Assembly (NCBI GenBank): GCA_051251915.1
Contig: JBPOGF010000003.1
Location: 1 to 64,000 of the forward strand
Direction: 5' to 3'
Length of the DNA: 64,000 bases
Origin: Akkermansiaceae bacterium
GTDB lineage: Bacteria; Verrucomicrobiota; Verrucomicrobiia; Verrucomicrobiales; Akkermansiaceae
Under the pieces are notes generated by a model that did not search any database, was not told where the DNA came from, and was given only the letters and a program-made list of their open reading frames with translations. Shown in pieces: positions 54,603-62,993 of the stretch; position 1 is the first letter of the stretch; every line of letters starts with the position of its first letter. The position numbers and the translations under genes were made by a program.

Positions 54603-55334
54603 TTACTTACGTCGACGTAGGATGAGTGCAAGACCACCAAGGCCGAGAAGGGCAGTTGAACTAGGTTCTGGAACCACTTCTAGTGTGACGCTTTCGAAAA
54701 CATCATAGTATTCTGCATCTTGGAAGTCGCCTTCAAATCGATACTGTTTACTAAAGTCGAATGCAGTGGCTAGCATCCCGCTTTGAGATGTGCCGCCTAC
54801 GGAGTAACTATAATCTATACCATTTGCAGCTACTGTGATCACAACATCCTCAAAACCTGCTGTTGTTTCATCAATGGTGAGTGAACTATCAACACTAGCT
54901 CCTCCGAAAGCTAGTCCTAACGAACTAGTAGGGTGGAATGCTACGAACGAAATTGACTCAGTTCCGGAGACGAAATGATTAGTTCGTGCTTCTGTTGCTG
55001 ATGCATCAACGAGGCCGAATGTTGAGCGGTTAGCATCGCCAGGAACAGAAGCCCCAACGAGCAGATCATAGCTTACTGTGAGCGTGAAGCCACCAGTTAA
55101 GTCAAAGCTATTTAAGGACATGTAATTTCCTCGACCGTTGTGTCCAGTAGAAGGAGCGGTTAGATTACCATTGTCTACCATGCTTCCACCGGTAGTGAAC
55201 TGTTGGAGACCACCGCCAATGCCGGTGTTCGTAGCGAGCGTATCGTCATCAAAATTGTCTTGATAGACAATTGCTCCGTGAAGAGATGATGCCAGCATAG
55301 TAGCTAGCCCTGTGTGTAATAATTTGTTTTTCAT
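54603..55334 (-). CDS. PEP-CTERM sorting domain protein 3 (more distant paralogue)
   Basis: IVYQDNFD..NTGIGG, NSFDLTGGFTLTV and VPEPSSTALLGL. Confidence 0.93.
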   Translation of the reverse strand: MKNKLLHTGLATMLASSLHGAIVYQDNFDDDTLATNTGIGGGLQQFTTGGSMVDNGNLTAPSTGHNGRGNYMSLNSFDLTGGFTLTVSYDLLVGASVPGDANRSTFGLVDASATEARTNHFVSGTESISFVAFHPTSSLGLAFGGASVDSSLTIDETTAGFEDVVITVAANGIDYSYSVGGTSQSGMLATAFDFSKQYRFEGDFQDAEYYDVFESVTLEVVPEPSSTALLGLGGLALILRRRK

Positions 55335-55500
55335 AATTTCTAGTTTGTGTGTTTCAGAACTTGAAGAGCACGTAATGTGCCAAGTTAATTGATTACATTA
55401 CAAGGTGTTATGAAATGCCTTCTGGAGCGGTAAAATGGTCCATTTATTAAGTGAGGGGTGAATAAATGATCTAATCAGGGAGAGGGGCTTCGGTTTGGTA

Positions 55501-55570
55501 GTGATTTCTGGTTTTGGGAAGAAGATGACTTTGGGGGCTTTGAGGTGGAGCTTGTGGTGATCTAGTGTAT
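55501..55570 (-). pseudogene. Degenerate copy of the 3' end of the GH95-like gene
   Basis: Reads ITTSST/KAPKVIFFPK-PEIT versus ITTAPTAKDPKVMFWPK...LEIT at 55869-55957, with a stop, a frameshift and a deletion. Confidence 0.6.
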
Positions 55571-55626
55571 TCGCTTGTAGATAGTATCGAACTTTCGATT
55601 TAGTTACCTACGGCATAGTAAAAATG

Positions 55627-55651
55627 CCATCTCAGTGTGAATCTGAGATGG
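55627..55651 (-). terminator. Terminator of the orphan PEP-CTERM fragment
   Basis: CCATCTCAG-tgtgaat-CTGAGATGG preceded by an A-run. Confidence 0.7.
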
Positions 55652-55684
55652 GTAAATTTAAAAAAGCGTGATCTAGTAGTTTAA

Positions 55685-55753
55685 TTATTTGCGGCGACGT
55701 AGGATGAGTGCGATGCCTCCGAGGCCGAGAAGGGCGGTGGATGATGGTTCAGC
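55685..55753 (-). pseudogene. Orphan PEP-CTERM sorting-signal fragment without a passenger domain
   Basis: Encodes AEPSSTALLGLGGIALILRRRK*. There is an in-frame TGA at 55784-55786 and no ATG between it and the fragment. Confidence 0.8.
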
Positions 55754-55822
55754 AAAGTTATAGATGTAGTAAAATGGGGCTCTTCAATATGAGATAAGTC
55801 AAAAAAACTAGCCTAGGAACTC

Positions 55823-58141
55823 TTAGGGTTTGCCGAAGGGTTTGGAGGGGGTTTGAATGGGGGGTGGGGTGATTTCTAGTTTGGGGCGGTTGGTGCCTTT
55901 TGGCCAGAACATGACTTTGGGGTCTTTTGCTGTGGGTGCGGTGGTGATTTTGTAGATGCCTTTGCCTAGTGAGTCTACGGTGATGCCGGGGGTGGCGGTC
56001 CATTGGGCATTTGGGATCTGGGCGTCTATTTCTACGCTGCCTCCGGCTTTAGCTTGTGGTTGGATGAGTGCCCATTGGGTTTTGCTATTTTTGCGGCTGG
56101 CGCTGACGAGGTAGGCGCCTTCGCCGCGGAGCTGGTGGAATGTGGCGTTTGGCCAGGCTTTAGGGACGGCGGGGAAGATGCGGAGTCTGCCGTTCCAGCT
56201 CTGGAGGAGCATTTCTTGGATGGCGGTGGCGCCGTGGAGTGGGGTTTCTATGACGGGGAGTGTGCCGAGTTCTACGTAGAAGGTGTTGGGGGTGAGGAAG
56301 GATTTTAGGCGGTTGAGGAAGGTGTAGGCGCGGTCGCCATCTCCTAGGAGTGATGCCATGCAGGAGCCGCCGGTGACGGAGTAGCCGAGGCCGCCTTTTT
56401 TGAATCCGTGCCAGTGGTCTAGGCTGCGGAGGATGAGGGCGCGGTCGGCTTCATTTTCTGGGGTGATGGTGCGGAGTGGGTAGATGGAGAGGAGGTGGGA
56501 CCAGTGACGGTGCATTCCTGTTAGGGGTACGTTTTTGCCGACCATGAAGCCGGTTTCGTCTGAGTGGGTGGGGACGAGTTTTTGTTTGATTTCAAGCCAT
56601 TTGGTGATGAGGGGTTCTTGGGACTTGGTGAGGTTTTTTTCTGCGGCGAGTTCTAGTAGGCGGTTGTTTGCCCAGCGGAGGACGTCGATGTCGTATGAGC
56701 AGTCTTCTGCGGAGCGGTATTCTGGGCTGTAGGTTTTGGGGAGGTGGAGGAGGCCGTCTTTTTCTTCTTTGAGGAAGTGGCGGTAGTAGTTTACTCCTTT
56801 GATGAGGAGGGGGTAGAGGACTTTGTCACGGAGCTCGGTGTCTTGCCAGTAGCGGTATTCTAGGTCGATGTTGTGGAGTGCCCAGAGGAAGTTTCCGCAT
56901 TCTGTGGCGATGTTTTTGTCCATGGGTGGCCTGCCGGTGCCGGGCTGGCCGGCGTATCCGAGGAGGTCCCAGCCGGAGGTGTTGCGGCCGATGGCGTAGG
57001 AGTCGTGTTGGAATTCTTTGGCTACGTTGAGGGCGAGGTTGTCACGGAGGAGGTCAAATTTGTTGCTGAGGGCGGAGCCCATGGCGCGGCGGTTGGCGGT
57101 GGGGAATCCGCTGTGGGCGATCTGGACGTTGAGGTTCCACCAGAGTGCGTTCCAGGCGGTGGGTTGGAGCCATGGGCCTTGGTTGTCGATGATCCATCCT
57201 TTGTCTCGGGTGGCGCAGGCGAGTTTGTATTGTTGTGCCCAGTAGAAGGCGTCCCAGTAGGCGTCGCCGGTGGAGATGAAGCTTTGTGGGTAGTAGTTGT
57301 GCCACCATGAGCGGTGGGCGGCTTGCCATTTCTTTTGGTCTGCTTTGGAGGCGGTGCGGACGGCTTGTTGGGCTTGGGCGGAGGCTTCTTTTCCGGGGAA
57401 GCTGTGTTTTACGCAGAGCCAAATTTTGAGTTTGCCTGCGGTTTTTGTTTGTTTCCAGGCGACGGCGGTTTGTCCACCTGAGTGGAGGTTTTGGACGGCT
57501 AGTTGGACTCCATCGGGTGATTTTGTGATGACGGCTGGTGGGTTGGCTGGGGAGCGAGGGTTCTTGCCGCGGATGGCGCGTGGGTTCTGGGCTAGGGCGG
57601 GGATGTAGGTGAATTCCACGTCCTTGAGGCTACCGCTGGCTGCTACTTCTGCGTAGATGATGGGTTCATTGGCGTGGACGATGGAGGTCCATTCTGCTTT
57701 GCCGCTTGAGGCGTTTAGGGTGCCGGTGGCTTCTGCGTTCCAGAGGTCTAGGTGGGCTTTGCCAGAGGTAAGTTTTTGTGGTGACTTGAGTTCAAGGTGG
57801 CCGATGAAGTGTCTGCCTCGGTTGAGGACGGTGACGTTTTTTTCGCTGAAGTCATCGTCTTCGAGTGGGCGGTGATCGTGTGCGGCTGAGCAGCCTACGG
57901 TCCAGCGGAGGGTGTTTGGATCTGTTTGGTAGATCATGGTTCCTTGCTCGCCGTTGCCGAGGAAGGGGGATTCTTTCCATTGTTTGGGAAGTTTGTTCCA
58001 GACCATGTCTTGGTTGGAGAGGAATTGGCTCCAGTTGACTTGATCGATGGAGGATTTTTTCTGTGCTGAAGCGCTGGATGAGAGTGCGATGATGGCGCTT
58101 AATATGAGGGCACAGGTGCGGTGATAGGAACGGAACTTCAT
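55823..58141 (-). CDS. Secreted GH95-like glycoside hydrolase (alpha-L-fucosidase-like)
   Basis: PFLGNG, WNLNVQ, SPEY, HRHWSHL, EMLLQSW and FPAVP..W. Confidence 0.8.
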   Translation of the reverse strand: MKFRSYHRTCALILSAIIALSSSASAQKKSSIDQVNWSQFLSNQDMVWNKLPKQWKESPFLGNGEQGTMIYQTDPNTLRWTVGCSAAHDHRPLEDDDFSEKNVTVLNRGRHFIGHLELKSPQKLTSGKAHLDLWNAEATGTLNASSGKAEWTSIVHANEPIIYAEVAASGSLKDVEFTYIPALAQNPRAIRGKNPRSPANPPAVITKSPDGVQLAVQNLHSGGQTAVAWKQTKTAGKLKIWLCVKHSFPGKEASAQAQQAVRTASKADQKKWQAAHRSWWHNYYPQSFISTGDAYWDAFYWAQQYKLACATRDKGWIIDNQGPWLQPTAWNALWWNLNVQIAHSGFPTANRRAMGSALSNKFDLLRDNLALNVAKEFQHDSYAIGRNTSGWDLLGYAGQPGTGRPPMDKNIATECGNFLWALHNIDLEYRYWQDTELRDKVLYPLLIKGVNYYRHFLKEEKDGLLHLPKTYSPEYRSAEDCSYDIDVLRWANNRLLELAAEKNLTKSQEPLITKWLEIKQKLVPTHSDETGFMVGKNVPLTGMHRHWSHLLSIYPLRTITPENEADRALILRSLDHWHGFKKGGLGYSVTGGSCMASLLGDGDRAYTFLNRLKSFLTPNTFYVELGTLPVIETPLHGATAIQEMLLQSWNGRLRIFPAVPKAWPNATFHQLRGEGAYLVSASRKNSKTQWALIQPQAKAGGSVEIDAQIPNAQWTATPGITVDSLGKGIYKITTAPTAKDPKVMFWPKGTNRPKLEITPPPIQTPSKPFGKP

Positions 58142-58192
58142 GGTGGTGTAGGTGGTGTGAGTGTGAATTTCTCTGTTCTAGTAGTGTGGATC

Positions 58193-58226
58193 AAAAAAAA
58201 GCGGCTTCAATGTTTATTGGAGCCGC
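58193..58226 (-). terminator. Terminator downstream of nfsB
   Basis: A8-GCGGCTTCAAT-gttt-ATTGGAGCCGC. Confidence 0.75.
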
Positions 58227-58393
58227 GAAGGGGTTATTTTTTAGATGTTTAGTATCCGCCCTCGATCATTTTCGTTTGGGATGTCGGATATAAGTTACAT
58301 TAGGCAGGCCTTCCATATCAGCAGGACTAGGTAAGGCTTGTTCCTATGCGCGTGCTGGTTTTCATGTTGGTGGGTTTTTTAGGTTAGGGAGGT

Positions 58394-59047
58394 CTAGACT
58401 AGGGTAAAGATCTCATCTTCTGGGAGACGGGATTTTGGTAGTTTGGAGTTGAAGTCATCTTCGGTTCTGTAGCCGAGGGCGACTACAACTAGTGAGGTGA
58501 AGCCTTGTTGGCGGAGGCCGAATTCTTCATCGATGGCTTTGACGTCGATGCCTTCCATCGGTAGGGCGTCGATGCCAAGGGCGGCGGCGCCAAGTAGGAA
58601 GCTGCCGATGTTTAGATAGACTTGTTTGTCCATCCAGTGCTGGTGGTCTTTGTAGTCTTCTTTGTGGAGGTTAGAGAATAGTGATCTGCCGCCATGCATT
58701 TGTTGTTTGTTTTCTTCTTTTGCGTATCTGCCGTCTTTGTCTTCGACTGCTAATAGGTGCTGAAGGTAGTCCTCATCTGCGGTGAGTCTGGTGCAGAAGA
58801 CTACGACGTGTGAGGCATTGAGCACCTTGCTCTCGTTGAAGATGAATAGTCCTTGTGTGCCTTTGGCTATTCTTTTCTTCCCTTCTTCAGTGCTGGCGAT
58901 GATGAAGTGCCATGGTTGGATGTTGGTGCTAGATGGGCTCATGCGGAGGAGAGATTGAAGTTCTGCTTCGTCAGCGGCGTTGATTTTCTTTTCAGGGTCA
59001 AAGCTTTTGGTGGAGTATCTCCAGTTTACGGTTTCTGTGATGTTCAT
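58394..59047 (-). CDS. nfsB: Oxygen-insensitive NAD(P)H nitroreductase
   Basis: RYSTKSFD, SPSSTNIQPWHF, KQVYLN.G, PMEG and KSRLP. Confidence 0.92.
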   Translation of the reverse strand: MNITETVNWRYSTKSFDPEKKINAADEAELQSLLRMSPSSTNIQPWHFIIASTEEGKKRIAKGTQGLFIFNESKVLNASHVVVFCTRLTADEDYLQHLLAVEDKDGRYAKEENKQQMHGGRSLFSNLHKEDYKDHQHWMDKQVYLNIGSFLLGAAALGIDALPMEGIDVKAIDEEFGLRQQGFTSLVVVALGYRTEDDFNSKLPKSRLPEDEIFTLV

Positions 59048-59203
59048 ATTGTTGTGTTGGTTATTATGATTAGGTGGGAATAATTATACTATAAAAAGTA
59101 TAGTTTCAATAAAAAAGATAGTTTTGGTTGCAATCGACTATCGAATAGGATAGTAAGGGTGAAGCTTTAAAGGCTTAGAAATCTAGGGAAGGAGAGAATC
59201 ACG

Positions 59204-59560
59204 ATGTCAGCAAAAAAAATCCATAAAATTAACGGAAAGAGCTATCCATGTTGCTGCAGTGTGACGATGGCTCTGATAGGAGGGAAATGGAAGACGGTGA
59301 TTTTGTATTACCTGATGGTGGCGAAAAAGCCGTTACGGTATAGTGAACTACGCAAGCTGATGCCGAGTGTGACGGAGCGGACATTGAGTCTTCAGCTCAA
59401 GCAGCTAGAGGCTGATGGGATAGTAGAGCGCACGGTCTATACGGATAATCCGCCTTTGAGGGTGGACTATGGGTTGACGGAATTTGGTAAGTCTTTATCG
59501 CCGCTGTTGAAGGCGATTGCGAAATGGGGTGAGCTTGCGGTGGGGGAATTGGGGGAGTGA
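59204..59560 (+). CDS. HxlR family winged-helix regulator, divergent from nfsB
   Basis: YPCC..IGGKWK..LSLQLKQLE.DG..PLRVDYGLTEFG. Confidence 0.92.
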   Translation: MSAKKIHKINGKSYPCCCSVTMALIGGKWKTVILYYLMVAKKPLRYSELRKLMPSVTERTLSLQLKQLEADGIVERTVYTDNPPLRVDYGLTEFGKSLSPLLKAIAKWGELAVGELGE

Positions 59561-59602
59561 TACTATCTTGATCGTTATTCTGGCTGACTAGGTTTGATGA
59601 GT

Positions 59603-60121
59603 TTACACAGCGGCCTCTTTCAGCTCGAGAGCTTTGACCCGCATAGAAACCAACTTGCCGCTATCGAGAACTCGAGTTCCTAGCTCGACGAAGCCGTGAC
59701 GGTCGTGAAATGCAAGAGAAGCTAGGTTCGGCGGTTCGATGTCGAACTCTGCTGCGAGATGCAGTAGTTTGCGATTTAAGGTCCAATCGAAAAGGTGAGC
59801 ATAGAGCCTCTGACCGAGTCCAATCCCTCGGCACTCCCCGTCGACCACGACTCTGTCGATATAAAGAAATTCTGTTAAGTGTTCCGAAAACCAGCGGTAG
59901 TTGCCGTTGTCGTATGCGCGTCCGGCGCCGATCCCTAGTAGGAATGCGACAACCTTGCCCTCTAATTCGATGACGGTTGCGTAATCACTCATGGCAAGGA
60001 GTTCTCGATAGCGGTCGGCATTCATGGGGCTCGTAACAGCGACAGCTTCTTGATTCAGGCGCACGATGTCGTCCGAATCTTCAATTGTGGCATCTCGTAA
60101 ATAGGGCATTGTTTTATTCAT
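59603..60121 (-). CDS. GNAT family N-acetyltransferase
   Basis: YIDRVVV..CRGIGLG..LY and PPN.ASLAFH..GF. Confidence 0.88.
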   Translation of the reverse strand: MNKTMPYLRDATIEDSDDIVRLNQEAVAVTSPMNADRYRELLAMSDYATVIELEGKVVAFLLGIGAGRAYDNGNYRWFSEHLTEFLYIDRVVVDGECRGIGLGQRLYAHLFDWTLNRKLLHLAAEFDIEPPNLASLAFHDRHGFVELGTRVLDSGKLVSMRVKALELKEAAV

Positions 60122-60351
60122 TCTTTTATTTGTCTGACTACCTATACTTACCTTTGCTCTGCTAAAAAATCACTTAAAAATGCAAGCTGACTTAGTATTT
60201 TGTTATTTTGATTTGTAGTATTGTCGTTTGTTTTCCTACTACTTGTGTGGTGATTTATGGATATGATATTCCCACGGAAAGTGCTATTTTTTACGGGGAA
60301 TTTACTGGTTTAATTACTATGTTTTCTGAGGTTTGGGGGTAGTGTGGGTGT

Positions 60352-61752
60352 ATGAATATTAGAGGATCAAAAAGATGGGCGGCTATGACTAGGAATACGG
60401 CTTTAGGTTTAGCGTTGATGGTTAGTGGGATGGCGCATGGGGAGGAGTCTGGTCTTCCTAAGGAGATGAAGGCGGTGGGGTTTTATGATCATTTGCCGAT
60501 TACGGATGAGAAGGCGCTGCTGGATGTGACTTTGGAGATACCTAAGGCTGTGGGGCGAGATTTACTGGTGGAGGTGAAAGCGATTGCGGTGAATCCGATA
60601 GATTATAAAACGCGGTCTAAGCATGTGGGGTTGATCCCGAACCGGATGATTGTGAAAATCCACGCTCAGAAAGGTAAGGGTGAGGTGGTGAGGAGGGCTA
60701 TTGAGGAATTGGTGGGTCCTAGCAGGGCTGAGGAAGGTTGTGTGCATTATGAGATGTTGTTAGATGCGGAGAATCCAGAGATTTTTATTATGAAGGAGAC
60801 TTGGGCAAATGATACGGTGTTGGAAGAGCATAAGAAGACGGCTCATTTTCAGAAATTTCTAGCTGATACTAAGGGAAGTTTGGGCGAGATAGTGGTGAAG
60901 AATTTACCTTATGTTGGTGGCTGGGATGCGTCTGGCGTGGTGGTGGATGTAGGCTCTGGGGTGAAGCATTATGAGGTGGGTGATAAGGTTTATTATGCTG
61001 GGGATATCACGCGTATTGGTACGAATAGTGAGTATCATTTAATCGATGAGCGGATAGTGGGTAAGAAGCCTGATTCTCTAAGTTTCACTGAAGCAGCAGC
61101 TCTGCCATTGACTACGATCACTGCTTACGAGGCGTTGTTTGACCGGTTAGGAATTTCTAAAACTGGTGAGGATAAGGGGAAGAAGATTTTGATTATCGGG
61201 GGGGCTGGTGGAGTGGGGTCTATCGCTACGCAGTTGGCTACGAAGGTCGGGAAGCTAGAGGTGATAGCTTCTGCTTCTAGGGATGAATCACGGGCTTGGG
61301 TGAAGGAGTTAGGAGCTAAGGTGGTGGTGAATCATCGTAATCCTCTGGATGAGGAGTTGCTGGCACAGGGGATTAAGACGGTGGATTATATTTTAGTGCT
61401 GAATCGACTGGAGCAGCATTGGCCAGCGATTGTTAAGAGTATTAAGCCTGGTGGGCACATTGCGTGTATTGTGAATCCGAAGAAGGGGAGTGTGATCGAG
61501 TTAGATATGCTGAAGCCTAAGAGTGCGACTTTTGCTTGGGAGTTCATGTTTACGCGTTCTTTGTATGAGACGGATGATATGATCGAGCAGCAGAATTTAC
61601 TGAATCATGTAGGAAGTTTGATTGATGCAGGGGAGGTTCGGACGACTGTGAATACGGTGCTTAGTCCGATCAATGCTGAAAATGTGCGTAAGGCTCATGC
61701 TACGCTGGAGGGTGGTCATGCACTGGGTAAGATAGTGATTGAGAATTGGTAG
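60352..61752 (+). CDS. Zinc-independent MDR quinone-oxidoreductase-like protein with an inserted ABM domain and a predicted signal peptide
   Basis: AVNPIDYK, GWDASG, AAALPLTTITAYEAL, GGAGGVGS and WEFMFTR. The ABM motif SRAEEGC..YE...F...ETW....L..H..TAHF occupies about aa 94-185. Confidence 0.85.
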   Translation: MNIRGSKRWAAMTRNTALGLALMVSGMAHGEESGLPKEMKAVGFYDHLPITDEKALLDVTLEIPKAVGRDLLVEVKAIAVNPIDYKTRSKHVGLIPNRMIVKIHAQKGKGEVVRRAIEELVGPSRAEEGCVHYEMLLDAENPEIFIMKETWANDTVLEEHKKTAHFQKFLADTKGSLGEIVVKNLPYVGGWDASGVVVDVGSGVKHYEVGDKVYYAGDITRIGTNSEYHLIDERIVGKKPDSLSFTEAAALPLTTITAYEALFDRLGISKTGEDKGKKILIIGGAGGVGSIATQLATKVGKLEVIASASRDESRAWVKELGAKVVVNHRNPLDEELLAQGIKTVDYILVLNRLEQHWPAIVKSIKPGGHIACIVNPKKGSVIELDMLKPKSATFAWEFMFTRSLYETDDMIEQQNLLNHVGSLIDAGEVRTTVNTVLSPINAENVRKAHATLEGGHALGKIVIENW

Positions 61753-61838
61753 CTGGTTATATTATAAGAACTAAGCGAAAAGTACGCTTCCACATTGAAA
61801 CCGCCAGGTAATATTTTTTGGGGCTGTGTAGGAGGTTT

Positions 61839-62990
61839 TTATTTTGGCTTGTCTGCTTCTATGTTGGCTTGGCGGATGGCTTCTTTGGCTTTGGTGAGTC
61901 TGGCGGGCCAATTGAAGGTGGGGGCTGTGGTGGGGTCGTAGCCTGCCATGTGGCCGGTGAGGCGGGTGGTGGGTTTGGTGTAGGTGAGTTCTGTGTCGCG
62001 GAAGACTTCTTGGCAGAAGTTTGCTAGGACGGGGTCGTAGGCGATGAGTTCTGCGCGGGTGTTGACGTGGTTGTGGTCGTGGTCTGGTTCGCGGTTGTTT
62101 CCGAACCATGACTGGACGCCTTCTGCGAAGTATTCGAAGTGGTTGGTGGCGGCGTATTTGTCTTTCCAGAGTCCGGCTGCGATGGCTTTTTCGTAGGCAG
62201 CTTTGAGGCGGGTGTCGAAGGTGGGGTCGACGTTGGTCATGCCACGGAGGTGGATGTTGTGGGCGAATTCGTGGATGAGGATGTTTTCTGATGTGTAGGG
62301 ATCTCCTTCGTAGCCGAGGAGGTTTTCTTCTCCGCAGGTGCAGTATGGGTCTGCGGTGCTGCCGCCGGTTCCTCTGGCGCGGGCGTCCCAGAAGTCTTTG
62401 GCGCTGACATCTTTGTATTGTGATGGGAAGCGTGCGAAGTGGGTGAATTCTGGGAGGTCTGTGGTGTATTCGTTGTGTGCGATGATGCAGAGGCGGGCGC
62501 CGCTGTTGATCATGGCTTGGCGGACGTCGTCACGTTTGGATAGCATTTGGTCAACGAGGTAGGCGGCTTCTTTGAGGGCGTATGGGTTGACGGTGGCTGA
62601 TGCGACGATGGGGAATCCGCCAGCTTCTACTCTCTGGGTGTAGAATGCTGGGGTGTTGTTTTTCTCTTGTGGTGCGTAGCGGTAGGCTTGGACTGGGGAG
62701 GTGCTTTCTAGGGTGAGGGTGGTGTTGGTGTCTTGGCCTACGATTTCGAATTTGTGTCCGATGGTGGTGTCGAAGACGAAGTCATCGCCGGCTGCGATGA
62801 CTCCTTTGGGGGTTTTCTCTCTGTCCTGTGAGATCCAGTAGAGGTCAGCTTTTTCGGTGCTGGCATTGATTACCTGTAGCTTGGGCCTTGGTGGTGTGGC
62901 GGCAGGGTCAGTGTCATTTTTCGCCACTGAGACGGTGATGAGGATGATGAGAGTGATGATGCTGAGCTGGAGTAGGACGATGAGTTTCAT
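61839..62990 (-). CDS. Secreted zinc metallopeptidase-like protein (HEXXH) with an N-terminal VHL-beta-like domain
   Basis: Signal peptide, LYWI...G.....TTIGH, LIHEFAH and YAATNHFEYFAEG. Confidence 0.75.
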   Translation of the reverse strand: MKLIVLLQLSIITLIILITVSVAKNDTDPAATPPRPKLQVINASTEKADLYWISQDREKTPKGVIAAGDDFVFDTTIGHKFEIVGQDTNTTLTLESTSPVQAYRYAPQEKNNTPAFYTQRVEAGGFPIVASATVNPYALKEAAYLVDQMLSKRDDVRQAMINSGARLCIIAHNEYTTDLPEFTHFARFPSQYKDVSAKDFWDARARGTGGSTADPYCTCGEENLLGYEGDPYTSENILIHEFAHNIHLRGMTNVDPTFDTRLKAAYEKAIAAGLWKDKYAATNHFEYFAEGVQSWFGNNREPDHDHNHVNTRAELIAYDPVLANFCQEVFRDTELTYTKPTTRLTGHMAGYDPTTAPTFNWPARLTKAKEAIRQANIEADKPK

Positions 62991-62993
62991 CAA

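Noticed and set aside
59603..60140. GNAT gene as a stray integron cassette (GTCAGAC just upstream of the ATG, atypical composition)
   Set aside because: No matching R'' or attC hairpin after the stop codon.
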